Sequence record: KY942056.1 | Origin: Dickeya phage JA15 | Strand: one strand, 5' to 3' | DNA length: 24,000 nucleotides | Shown: piece after piece, positions 1 to 8,857 of the stretch | How the letters are laid out: each line of letters starts with the position of its first letter | Position numbering within the stretch: the first letter of the stretch is position 1 | Notes under the pieces: generated by a model | Databases searched by the model: none | Told to the model about the DNA's origin: nothing | The model's input: the letters and a program-made list of their open reading frames with translations, nothing else | Made by a program: the position numbers and the translations under genes

Positions 1-2757
1 ATGAAAATGCGCAAGTCCGAGCACTTCATCCGCTCGTCGTCTTCCATTCAAGGGCAGGCGTTCAACGTAAAGATGAACGACAAGATGTTTGAGACTCTGT
101 TCTCATCCTTGTATCGTTACAAAGAGGCAGCAGCCCTGCGTGAAACCACCTGTAACGCCATCGACTCCCATGGCATGCGCGATCGTATGCACCGTATGGT
201 AGCATCCCACTACGCACCTCTCACTCCCCCTCCTGCTCGCCACAGCAAATACCTTGCTCCGAAGGGTACACGTGTTGTTGTGCATCTGCCTGATGACTTC
301 GAGCCATGGTTGGAAATCCGCGATTACGGTATTGGCCTGCCGCTTGAAAAGATCATCGGCGAAGCCATCCCAGCTCAGGAAGACGAAGTGTTGTTGGAAG
401 GCAACATGGTCGTGAAGGAAGACGAGATCCCCGATTCGGCCGAAGTCATCGGCGTCCCAGGGTTCTACAATGGATCTTTGGTGTTCCGACGTGAAGACGG
501 CGAGATCATCCGTTCGCCTGGGTTGTACACCACCCTCTTCCACAGCACGAAGGAAGAAGACGATGATCAGATCGGGGCGTTCGGTCTTGGTTCCAAATCA
601 CCGTTTGCTGTGTCGGATTCGTTCACTGTGGAAAGTCGCATGGAAGGCAAACTCCATCGCTTCCTGATGTATCTGAACGCCAAGCGCATCCCAACCGTTG
701 ACCTGATCACCAAAGACCTAGACACCCGTGATCCTAAACCTGAAGACACCGATGAGTTCAACGGCATGACGGTGAAGATCCCGGTGAAGAATGCTCGCTT
801 CTCTGCATTCTCAGATGAGCTGGTTCGCCTTGGTCGTGTCATGCGCCCTGAACAACGTCCGGTTGTTGAGAACGCTTCATACCGTTTCGGCTGGGAAGAC
901 ATCAGCTACGATTTCAAGGTCAACAACACGTACATCCAGCCGAAGGGCAACGACCACACCCACTACGCTGTGATGGGCGGCGTGTCGTACCCGATTGACC
1001 TGGATCAGCTGGACCCAGACACTTCCTCCATCATGAGCAAGTTTCCGTCGTCCTATACGTTCTTCGAACTCGGTTCCCTGAACGTACCACCGTCACGTGA
1101 AGACCTTTCATATGACGAATTTACGCGTGAGACGCTCTCTGAGGAGTTTAAAAAGACCGCCAATGCAATCTTGACAGAAAAGATGCGCGACCTGGAGCTG
1201 GCGTGTAAGCGTGGTCCTCTTGCCCTGTATATGGAGAAGGCAAGACTGAGCGAAATGTTCGGCAGCGGGTTCCGTAAGATGGTTGAAAAAGAATACCCGG
1301 CGGACAAGCGCTTCCACGATTCATATTATCGTTACCCGATGCCTGTTGAGATGGAGCGTGATTATGGCCATACCGCTCCGTTCACTGAACTGTCATCACC
1401 GTTCTCCATGGAGATCTTCTATGACTGGGGCGAGTCCGGCGCTTTGACCATTTCAGAGATACAGAAATGGATCGAGCGCGGCCAGCATGTTACCGTGGTG
1501 ATAGAAGACAGCGTTCGTGCTCGTAACCTGAAGATCAAGCAGCTGAAGGACACGGGCACGATAGTTGTCGTGGCCAAGCCGAACACTTCTTATGTCTCCA
1601 AGCGCAACCAGTCCAAGGACAACCCTGCGTTCAAGAACGCCCAGGATCTTCATGACTTCTTTGAATCCTGGATTGGTAAGGAAGAAACGACGGTCGACTA
1701 TCTCTGCTTTGCCGACAAGTTCGTCGATTGGCTTAGTGCGGTGCTCGAGCCTGCTGAAGTCAAGTTTATGAACGAACTGACGTATGTCACGCCTCCGGTC
1801 ACCAAAGACCCTGGCCTGTTTCCGTTCACGACCAGCAACTTCGACATCCGCCAATATGAAGAACTGACGGGTGACCAGATATCTGATATTATCAACAAGG
1901 GCGAGCGCATCGTCTATATCGAAGTGTCTGGCCATGAGTGTATCCATCAGGTGATGGACAGGACGTTGACAGCTGCGGCAGCGCGGGGTATTCGTAAATC
2001 TCTGTATGATCACGCAGTCAGTGTCGACGATGAAGGCAAGCCAGTGTACATCAGCAATATGTTGAATGTTCACAACAGGATCTTCCTGGCTCGTCGTAAA
2101 TCTGTGCCAATGATGAAGAAGTTCCCAGAGGTCTTCATACCGATTGATGAGATCCTGAAGATCATGTTGGAAAACGTGAAGCCGATGATGGAGCGCGATA
2201 ATGCCGAACGCATGCTGAAATCGTATCGTCGCATGCGCCTTGGGGCAAACCGATTGAAATACGGGAGCCATCTGGTTCAACAGGCGTTCGGTGATGTTGA
2301 TGAAGATCGCTATGGTAAATTGGTCACTCGCTACAACAAATTAATGGGTATTATAGACGATATCATGGATGAGCAGACTGTGCGCCATTATCACAGCCTG
2401 GTGAAAGCCCCGGTATCGATCAACGATAAGCGCCGCTTCAGTCATTTCCAGGACACAATAAGTTCTCTCAATGTGTACCTGTACACCAACGAGCGCAATG
2501 AAAAGATATTCCGCTCAGAGCATCAGATGATGCAGATCTTTGGATATGCTTCGGATGCCCTGCAGTCTCATGGGTTTACGCGGTTTGATATTGCACGCAC
2601 ACCGACGCGGAAAGCAAAGCGGGACAACCGATTGACCATCGAGCGGCACCGTGTTATCCGGTTCTTGAAAGAGAACTACAAACCAAGCGCCCTGAACCCG
2701 ATCGAAGAATCATCGGATTACTTGGACGTTATTTCAAATTCCATTGTCAGGGCATAA
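1..2757 (+). CDS. rIIA: rIIA-like protein (GHKL-type ATPase N-terminus)
   Basis: 918-aa ORF. GHKL-like motifs TCNAIDSH, LEIRDYGIGL and IGAFGLGSKSPFAVSDSFTV, followed immediately by an rIIB-like ORF as in T4. It begins at base 1, so the true start could lie outside the window or at the Met at base 7. Confidence 0.88.
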   Translation: MKMRKSEHFIRSSSSIQGQAFNVKMNDKMFETLFSSLYRYKEAAALRETTCNAIDSHGMRDRMHRMVASHYAPLTPPPARHSKYLAPKGTRVVVHLPDDFEPWLEIRDYGIGLPLEKIIGEAIPAQEDEVLLEGNMVVKEDEIPDSAEVIGVPGFYNGSLVFRREDGEIIRSPGLYTTLFHSTKEEDDDQIGAFGLGSKSPFAVSDSFTVESRMEGKLHRFLMYLNAKRIPTVDLITKDLDTRDPKPEDTDEFNGMTVKIPVKNARFSAFSDELVRLGRVMRPEQRPVVENASYRFGWEDISYDFKVNNTYIQPKGNDHTHYAVMGGVSYPIDLDQLDPDTSSIMSKFPSSYTFFELGSLNVPPSREDLSYDEFTRETLSEEFKKTANAILTEKMRDLELACKRGPLALYMEKARLSEMFGSGFRKMVEKEYPADKRFHDSYYRYPMPVEMERDYGHTAPFTELSSPFSMEIFYDWGESGALTISEIQKWIERGQHVTVVIEDSVRARNLKIKQLKDTGTIVVVAKPNTSYVSKRNQSKDNPAFKNAQDLHDFFESWIGKEETTVDYLCFADKFVDWLSAVLEPAEVKFMNELTYVTPPVTKDPGLFPFTTSNFDIRQYEELTGDQISDIINKGERIVYIEVSGHECIHQVMDRTLTAAAARGIRKSLYDHAVSVDDEGKPVYISNMLNVHNRIFLARRKSVPMMKKFPEVFIPIDEILKIMLENVKPMMERDNAERMLKSYRRMRLGANRLKYGSHLVQQAFGDVDEDRYGKLVTRYNKLMGIIDDIMDEQTVRHYHSLVKAPVSINDKRRFSHFQDTISSLNVYLYTNERNEKIFRSEHQMMQIFGYASDALQSHGFTRFDIARTPTRKAKRDNRLTIERHRVIRFLKENYKPSALNPIEESSDYLDVISNSIVRA

Positions 2758-2788
2758 TAGCCCTGTTAACCAACGTGGGAACTACAAG

Positions 2789-4351
2789 ATGAACAAGATT
2801 GATGAAAAGATCCTCAAGCATTTGAAGGAAGGCATGAGCCAGAGCGCAATTGCTGCTCTGCTGGGCATACCTCGCTCAACTGTGCAGCGTGTCGCAGACA
2901 CCGAACTGGGTGTCAACCCATTGTCGCTGAAGTCCCTGACCACTGAAGAAATTCAGCAGATTCAGGAAAAGAGCAAGGCTGGGCAGAGCAACCGCGCCCT
3001 GGCCGAGTTCTTTGCTGTAAGCGCCAAGACGATTGCCCGTGCCCTGTTGGTCCGCATTACCGAGGAGGGAAACAAGGTAACTGTGATCTCTCCTATCAAG
3101 CCGGAAGAGCAGGAAGTCTTCGAAGTCCAACCGGGCGGCACAGCCAAAGACGTTGATGGCTCAGAATGGTATGTGGGGGCATATCTGCCGAACCACAACA
3201 AGTACCTGTGTCTCACTAACGACGGCAATTTCACAGGGGCTTTCTTTGAAAAGTCCGAACTGACCCCTGTGGAAGGGAACAGTCAAGCTTTCGGTGTTGA
3301 AGCTATCGGCAAGATGGCAGAAATCGCTGTGGCGCTGTCGGAAGGTGCGGACAAAGTTCCGGACAACGTTGAAATCAGCGTTGTTGTAGATGGGGAAACC
3401 TATCCTATCCGTGGATCCCTGGATGCCCGTCGTCGCGTCGGTTACTTTGATGCTATCCTTGGTCGCACCCTGCGTCTGGCTCTGTCTTCTGTGGAATTCG
3501 CTGTCGTTACCAAAGAAGTTGAAGAAGTGGCTGACGACAAGAAGACCAAGCAAGACTTCGGCGCGAAAGACCTGGACGTGTTCCTGAACGAACACCAGAT
3601 CCTGATTCTGCCCGACAGCGTTGTTATCGCGATTAACGGCAAGCCGGAAACGATCACCACTTCACACCCGGCCTATGACCGCATCGTACAGGCGATCAAA
3701 GACAAAGACGTGAAGCTGGCATACTCGCTGATGCGCCCTCGTGATGCCATCGCTAAGTACGCTGAAGGTCTGGTAGACGTAACGGGTGGTAAAGTGAAGT
3801 GGTCTGGCCATGACATCACTGGCACCAGTATCGCCAAGCGTGTTCTGGCACTGATGCTGAAGGGTGATTTCACTAACCTGGATCGCATGGGCAAGTTCAT
3901 GGACAAGATGTTCCAGAACCCATCAGCTGCTCTGGTTCAGTCTGGTCGCATCTACGAGTTCATGGCATACTCCGACATTGAGATTGACGAAGATGGTGAC
4001 ATCATCCTCTACAAATCAGTGCGCGGGAACTACATGGACAAGCACAGCAACATGATCAGCAACGCTCCTGGCACTATCGTACGTATGGCTCGCTCATTCG
4101 TGAACGACAACAACGCCACGCTGTGTTCCTACGGTCTGCACGTGTGCTCCCTGGCATACCTGAAGCAGTGCTTCGGCTCTGTTGGCCAGCGCGTCGTCCG
4201 TTGTAAGCTGAACCCGAAAGACATCGTGTCTATCACCAACGACTATGGCTCCAGCAAGATCCGCTGCTGTGAATACCTGGTGTTGGATGACTACACTGCC
4301 GAGTACAATCGCCAGCACAAGTCGATTGATGTGACTGGCCTGTACAAGTAA
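2789..4351 (+). CDS. rIIB: rIIB-like protein
   Basis: C-terminus resembles T4 rIIB (DGDIILYKSVRGNYMDKHSNMISNAPGTIVRMARSFVNDNNATLCSYGLHVCS...RVVRCKLNPKDIVSITNDYGSSKIRCCEY). ATG at 2789 (MNKIDEK) preferred over the ORF-track start at 2744. Confidence 0.92.
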   Translation: MNKIDEKILKHLKEGMSQSAIAALLGIPRSTVQRVADTELGVNPLSLKSLTTEEIQQIQEKSKAGQSNRALAEFFAVSAKTIARALLVRITEEGNKVTVISPIKPEEQEVFEVQPGGTAKDVDGSEWYVGAYLPNHNKYLCLTNDGNFTGAFFEKSELTPVEGNSQAFGVEAIGKMAEIAVALSEGADKVPDNVEISVVVDGETYPIRGSLDARRRVGYFDAILGRTLRLALSSVEFAVVTKEVEEVADDKKTKQDFGAKDLDVFLNEHQILILPDSVVIAINGKPETITTSHPAYDRIVQAIKDKDVKLAYSLMRPRDAIAKYAEGLVDVTGGKVKWSGHDITGTSIAKRVLALMLKGDFTNLDRMGKFMDKMFQNPSAALVQSGRIYEFMAYSDIEIDEDGDIILYKSVRGNYMDKHSNMISNAPGTIVRMARSFVNDNNATLCSYGLHVCSLAYLKQCFGSVGQRVVRCKLNPKDIVSITNDYGSSKIRCCEYLVLDDYTAEYNRQHKSIDVTGLYK

Positions 4352-4367
4352 CCAAACCCCATCCACC

Positions 4368-4393
4368 AAGGAGGCTTCGGCCTCCTTTCTTTT
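4368..4393 (+). terminator. Rho-independent terminator after rIIB
   Basis: AAGGAGGC-TTCG-GCCTCCTT followed by TCTTTT, directly after the rIIB stop. Confidence 0.85.
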
Positions 4394-4402
4394 GAGGTCG
4401 AT

Positions 4403-4708
4403 ATGTTAACCAACGACGTCTACTTCAAATATGCAAGGCAGGCATACGGCTCGCATCGCGTGACAGACAAGTTCCTGATTGACTCCTTTCAGTTCGAAGG
4501 TGAGACCAGAGAATACTCCCACAAGAACTTCCCTCCTCGCGAAGTGCACGGCGATCAGTTCGTGAAATTGTTCTGTCGCTGTGGTGGATGTGATTTCACG
4601 GATGATGGTTACGCGATGCACGTGTACTGCTGCAATTGCTGTGGTAAATACATAACAGTCTATAGGAGAACCGATCATGGCCAAGAAACCCGAAATCAAG
4701 AAAGTTGA
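4403..4708 (+). CDS. Small Cys-rich protein, putative zinc ribbon, unknown function
   Basis: ORF with CRCGGC...CCNCCG cysteine clusters; GAGG upstream of ATG. The C-terminal end overlaps the next ORF by 32 nt. Confidence 0.6.
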   Translation: MLTNDVYFKYARQAYGSHRVTDKFLIDSFQFEGETREYSHKNFPPREVHGDQFVKLFCRCGGCDFTDDGYAMHVYCCNCCGKYITVYRRTDHGQETRNQES

Positions 4709-5102
4709 AACCCCAGCCCCAGCCCCTGTTGATGTTATCCAGGCGAAGGAAGAAGGTGTGCTGCCTTCCTACCTCCAACGTGCTGTTGACAACATGCCCG
4801 TAGGGGGAGACAACGGCGTCGTCTACGCTGGTGGGTATGGTTGGGTGTGCGAATACCAAGATGGCACCAAAGAACTCCTCCAGGAGCTTCCAGGGCTGGC
4901 GGGTACGCTCAAGCGCTACGGGCGTGACAAGTATGGCAAGCCGTTTGAGAAGGGTGCTGTCATCTCCACCAACATCACAGTAGAGACTCTGAACCTACTG
5001 GGCGTGGATGATCTGAAGCTACTGGCCGCGCCGTTGGGCATCACAGTCGAAGACCGCATCACGCTGATTGCGCAACTCATCGAAAAATTACAGATTAAGT
5101 AA
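4677..5102 (+). CDS. Hypothetical protein
   Basis: 141-aa ORF, strong RBS (ATAGGAGAACCGATC-ATG), Pro/Ala/Lys-rich N-terminus. Confidence 0.75.
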   Translation: MAKKPEIKKVETPAPAPVDVIQAKEEGVLPSYLQRAVDNMPVGGDNGVVYAGGYGWVCEYQDGTKELLQELPGLAGTLKRYGRDKYGKPFEKGAVISTNITVETLNLLGVDDLKLLAAPLGITVEDRITLIAQLIEKLQIK

Positions 5103-5132
5103 AGCAGTGTACAACAGCTGAACTTATTCTAT

Positions 5133-5525
5133 ATGGTTATCGTTGACGAAAGCAATCTGATGGATTACGCCCTGAGGCATTACATCGTTGATTCGGTCTC
5201 TTGGGACGAGATGCTGGTAGACATACAGCGGATTTCGCTAATTAACCAATCATTGAAGAGATTTGTTCCTGGTAAGAGTCCACGGCTCATTTTGAATCAG
5301 CTGATCACTCTCTTCAATACGTTCGAAGCAGAAGCAGTCTGTCGTATGCTTGTGTTGAAGACGGATAGGTCTCAGATGCCACGCCTCAAGGCTGCTTTGT
5401 TGACGATAGGCGTATGGCGTGATGATTTATGTTCCGGTTCGTATGAACCAGATAACGAGCTGATGATGGCTCTGAACAACGATTTGGGCGAGTGGAGGAA
5501 ACCATGCCAACAATCACTGTATTAG
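5133..5525 (+). CDS. Hypothetical protein
   Basis: 130-aa ORF filling the gap between neighbours. The start lacks a clear RBS, so the start is uncertain. Confidence 0.5.
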   Translation: MVIVDESNLMDYALRHYIVDSVSWDEMLVDIQRISLINQSLKRFVPGKSPRLILNQLITLFNTFEAEAVCRMLVLKTDRSQMPRLKAALLTIGVWRDDLCSGSYEPDNELMMALNNDLGEWRKPCQQSLY

Positions 5526-6313
5526 TAGCACCGGAAGTTGTTCGCAACAAACCGGAAACCGAGCGTCTGCACACTGTCACAGGCACTGCTCTGGGTTGGG
5601 AAAAGACCAGTCTTAACCAAGACCCAGACGAGATCCTGACTGAGTGTAAAGGTCTGGATGCACTGCTGACCCAGAGTAATCTGCAGGCGGACGGTGTGAC
5701 CAAAGTTGATCCAACCAAGCCTATCGGCTTTGAGATCACCTACGAAATCCACGACCCAAGCGCTGTGCTGACAACTGGTCTGGCCATCACCCCTGCAACT
5801 GCAGGCGGCGAAGTCGGTCAGGTTGTTGAACTGCTGGCGACCGTCGCTCCGGCGAACGCGACCTATCAGGGCGTCAACTGGTACTCGGGTGACATTACCA
5901 AAGCCGTTCACATTGGCGGTGGCAAATTCAAGCTGCTGGCATCGGGTTCAGTGACCGTCTATGGTGTAACCATCGAAGGTGGTCACACTGACTCCACGGT
6001 CATCACAGTAGCGGGTGCGCTGGCTCTGTCTACTGATCTGGCCGCTTCTCAGGACGTGACAGCAGGCGCTGACGCAACCTTCACCATCGCTGCTACAGGC
6101 GGCACCACACCGTACACGTATGCTTGGTACTTCTCTGATGTCCCTGGCGGCGCTGGTGCGGTGATTGATGCAGGCGCTAATGCCACTGCAGCTACCGCAA
6201 GCCTGGTTATCACGGCAGTTGATGCCGCAGATGAGGGTGAGTACTGGTGTGTTGTTGAAGACGCCGACGGCCACTCTGTGACCTCTGCTCGTTGCGAAAT
6301 GGCTGTGGTCTAA
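5504..6313 (+). CDS. Ig-like domain virion-associated protein (Hoc-like / decoration candidate)
   Basis: C-terminal Ig-like signature (GTTPYTYAWYFSDV...AADEGEYWCVVEDADGHSVTS) preceded by a Big-like beta segment (LAITPATAGGEVGQVVELLATVAPANATYQGVNWYS). Start placed at ATG 5504 behind GGAGGAAACC rather than GTG 5492. Confidence 0.75.
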   Translation: MPTITVLVAPEVVRNKPETERLHTVTGTALGWEKTSLNQDPDEILTECKGLDALLTQSNLQADGVTKVDPTKPIGFEITYEIHDPSAVLTTGLAITPATAGGEVGQVVELLATVAPANATYQGVNWYSGDITKAVHIGGGKFKLLASGSVTVYGVTIEGGHTDSTVITVAGALALSTDLAASQDVTAGADATFTIAATGGTTPYTYAWYFSDVPGGAGAVIDAGANATAATASLVITAVDAADEGEYWCVVEDADGHSVTSARCEMAVV

Positions 6314-6315
6314 TC

Positions 6316-6549
6316 ATGAAGGGCTTCCAGGACTTCCTTGAGGATGGCTCGGCAGCGCCTGGAACCACTACCGCCGATGTGGGGAAACCCGAAGGCGGTA
6401 TGGTGAAAGAGCCTGTGAAGAAGCCCAAGGATCTTGAGGAAGAACAAGAGCAGACCCCCTTCCAAAAGATCTTTGGTAATATCTTCAAAGACCTGGACCT
6501 GAAGAATGCACGAAAGTGGAACTTCAGGACAGGGAAATACGAAGACTAA
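6316..6549 (+). CDS. Hypothetical small charged protein
   Basis: ORF MKGFQDFLEDG...NFRTGKYED. ATG 6316 preferred over the TTG start at 6292. Followed directly by a terminator. Confidence 0.65.
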   Translation: MKGFQDFLEDGSAAPGTTTADVGKPEGGMVKEPVKKPKDLEEEQEQTPFQKIFGNIFKDLDLKNARKWNFRTGKYED

Positions 6550-6570
6550 AAGAGGCTCCGGCCTCTTTTT
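6549..6570 (+). terminator. Rho-independent terminator
   Basis: AAAGAGGC-TCCG-GCCTCTTT followed by TT. Confidence 0.85.
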
Positions 6571-6588
6571 CATTTCCAGCATACGGTG

Positions 6589-6594
6589 TATAAT
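6589..6594 (+). promoter_or_regulatory. Putative sigma70-like -10 element (TATAAT) just after the terminator
   Basis: CGGTGTATAATGG between a terminator and the next ORF; no good -35 recognised. Confidence 0.4.
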
Positions 6595-6637
6595 GGACCC
6601 GTTCCCCATGAGCGGAACCTAACTGAGGATACACCAA

Positions 6638-7096
6638 ATGCAATCCATGATCAAACGTAAAGTAGAAGTCTCTCTGAACGCCCACGTCGATATTATCCAG
6701 CAACTTGTTCTGGACGCATATGAGATCCAAAAGGATCGCATGTCTAGGGGTGTGATAGACCCCACTTGCACAGGAAACATTTTGTATTATCGCATGATTC
6801 GACAGACTGGTCACACTGCAGCGCTGAAGAAGATTCTGTCCTATGATTTCCAGACAGAGAACAACCTCAACATCATGGGCGTCTTCCACAGCGTTCGTGA
6901 ACGAGATTCTTTCTTCCACTCACGCGCAGGCGCGGATGTACCATCGCCCGATGTGGACAAGAAACAGCACACGACAACCACTTCCCATTTCATGGGCACG
7001 GGTATCGATAAAGCCAACATCATCGTGTTCTCTGATACACTTCATGATCCGAAACGCTTGGCCGCCGCCCATGAAATGTTGCCCACCATCCAGTGA
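6638..7096 (+). CDS. Hypothetical protein
   Basis: 152-aa ORF, RBS GAGGAtacaccaaATG. Confidence 0.7.
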   Translation: MQSMIKRKVEVSLNAHVDIIQQLVLDAYEIQKDRMSRGVIDPTCTGNILYYRMIRQTGHTAALKKILSYDFQTENNLNIMGVFHSVRERDSFFHSRAGADVPSPDVDKKQHTTTTSHFMGTGIDKANIIVFSDTLHDPKRLAAAHEMLPTIQ

Positions 7097-7452
7097 CTAC
7101 CTATGACCATGGCGTGTTTAACTCCATGGAGGGCTATTGGTATTGGCTGAAGTACAGGGATGACAACCTGCGCCTGCTCGATGGTTATGAGGCCAAGCAA
7201 TATGGACAGGGATTGGCGGCCTCCCGCATTGTCATCCTTGACCCATCATCCGAAGAATTCAAGCGCGATATCCTATTCGCGACCAGCATGAAACTCCAGA
7301 CCATGCCCGACTTGCTGAAGCTCAGGTTGGCATACAGCCGCCTGCCCCTGATCCATGCATATGTTCGGAACGGGAAATATAGTTTTCAAAACTCTATGGA
7401 CTATATCATTGCCCACATTAATCGTCTCCGCATACAAGGAACTCTGAAATGA
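7093..7452 (+). CDS. Hypothetical protein
   Basis: 119-aa ORF with GTG start overlapping the upstream stop (GTGA). Confidence 0.6.
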   Translation: MTTYDHGVFNSMEGYWYWLKYRDDNLRLLDGYEAKQYGQGLAASRIVILDPSSEEFKRDILFATSMKLQTMPDLLKLRLAYSRLPLIHAYVRNGKYSFQNSMDYIIAHINRLRIQGTLK

Positions 7453-8030
7453 AATTTATACACACTATCGTCGGCACTTCCTATGATAGCACCGCGCACG
7501 AGCCAAATCGCTCGCCTGTGTTTGTTCTGAACAAACTGGGTGAAGAGATCTGTGAACTGTCTGATGTGTTTCACGGCATAGCCTCTTCTGAACCGTTGAA
7601 TGGTGAAGTTGCTGACGTCATTATCTCTGCCATTGACCTTCTGTACGTCATGGATTTCACAGACCAGCAGCTGCACGGTTGCATGACCAAAGAAGAGTTG
7701 ATTGACTCGGTGCAGACGCGTTTGGGGATGCACAGTAATTGTTCACCCGAATATCTTGAAGAAGATTGGTTCCGACTGATTGACCGTGAACCCCAGAAGC
7801 ATCTGAACCTCATCCATCATTACCATGGCCGGATCATCCGATTGTGTAATCAGCCTTATCGCAGTGAAGACGTTCTGGAACGACTTGTTGCTCAACTGAT
7901 TACACAAGTCGCACGCATGGCATGCGGAGAAGGGGCGTTGCAGGGGAATTGCACGATGGCCACTCGCATTAAAGTGGAGCAAGCATTTAACCACAAAGTT
8001 GAAAAATGGCGCATTAAATTTGGCTTATGA
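7449..8030 (+). CDS. MazG-like nucleotide pyrophosphohydrolase fold protein
   Basis: Motif NKLGEEICELSDVF...NGEVADVIISAIDLLYVM matches the EExxE...ExxD pattern of MazG-like proteins. RBS AAGGAactctgaaATG; ATGA overlap with the previous ORF. Confidence 0.6.
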   Translation: MKFIHTIVGTSYDSTAHEPNRSPVFVLNKLGEEICELSDVFHGIASSEPLNGEVADVIISAIDLLYVMDFTDQQLHGCMTKEELIDSVQTRLGMHSNCSPEYLEEDWFRLIDREPQKHLNLIHHYHGRIIRLCNQPYRSEDVLERLVAQLITQVARMACGEGALQGNCTMATRIKVEQAFNHKVEKWRIKFGL

Positions 8031-8857
8031 AATACGAAATCATCTTAGACGCTCTCATACAGAGAGCAATACAGAGAGGTAAAATGGGTGGCGTTTATCA
8101 AGAACGCCACCATATAATCCCTGTGTGCTTGGGTGGCACTAACCACTTCTCTAATCTTGTATGGTTGACACCAGAAGAACATTATGTCGTACATCACCTA
8201 CTTTGGAGAACAAAACCACTCAACCCCGGTATCAGGAAGGCATGGACTGGGATGAACAACATGTCTAGGAACAACAAAGAGTTTGGGGAATTCAGGAGAA
8301 ATAATTCCACCAGAATGAAAGAAGTGATGTCATCTGATGAACAAAAGGAACGTTGTCGTAAGCAATCCAAGAAAAACTCATTGAACCCAGAAGTACAGAA
8401 GAAACGTGCGGGTAGCTTGAGAGGTTACACTTGGGATGACGAATCAAGGCGCAGGTTGTCAAAATCCAGGAAAGGGATACCACACTCCGAAGCACACAAA
8501 ACCAACCTTACCAAATCAGTCACCGAACGGATGAGGCGACCAGAAGAAAGGGAGAGGTATTCTGCTATGTGGCGCCAGAACAATCCCATGAATAACATAC
8601 AACCTTGGGAACACCCGACTGTTGTAAAGACGGGTAAATCCCGACAATGGCTCCTGGCTGGTGAATTCTTTGAATGGTGGTGTAGTAACGGTGAAGACAA
8701 AGTGAAGAACCGTTATTGTTTAATGTTGAAAGAAACCGGGTTAAGCTCTGTGTGTTCTAAGGCCACAGCTCAAACTTGTATATCTAAATTTCAGAAAGGT
8801 TGGATACCAAAAGAAGATCCCGCCTGGTTGAAATTTTACGGAGATAATAATGGTTGA
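8027..8857 (+). CDS. HNH homing endonuclease with NUMOD3-like modules, free-standing
   Basis: ERHHIIPVCLGGTNHFSNLVWLTPEEHYVVHHLL (HNH) plus a C-terminal NUMOD-like SKSRKGIPHSEAHK repeat region. ATGA overlap with the upstream gene and 8-nt overlap with the downstream topoisomerase gene. Confidence 0.88.
   Translation: MKYEIILDALIQRAIQRGKMGGVYQERHHIIPVCLGGTNHFSNLVWLTPEEHYVVHHLLWRTKPLNPGIRKAWTGMNNMSRNNKEFGEFRRNNSTRMKEVMSSDEQKERCRKQSKKNSLNPEVQKKRAGSLRGYTWDDESRRRLSKSRKGIPHSEAHKTNLTKSVTERMRRPEERERYSAMWRQNNPMNNIQPWEHPTVVKTGKSRQWLLAGEFFEWWCSNGEDKVKNRYCLMLKETGLSSVCSKATAQTCISKFQKGWIPKEDPAWLKFYGDNNG

Noticed and set aside
1453-2280. 275-aa antisense ORF opposite rIIA
   Set aside because: The + strand rIIA frame is continuous and motif-bearing. 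The antisense ORF has no RBS, no recognisable motif and no matching operon context, so it is probably a shadow ORF.
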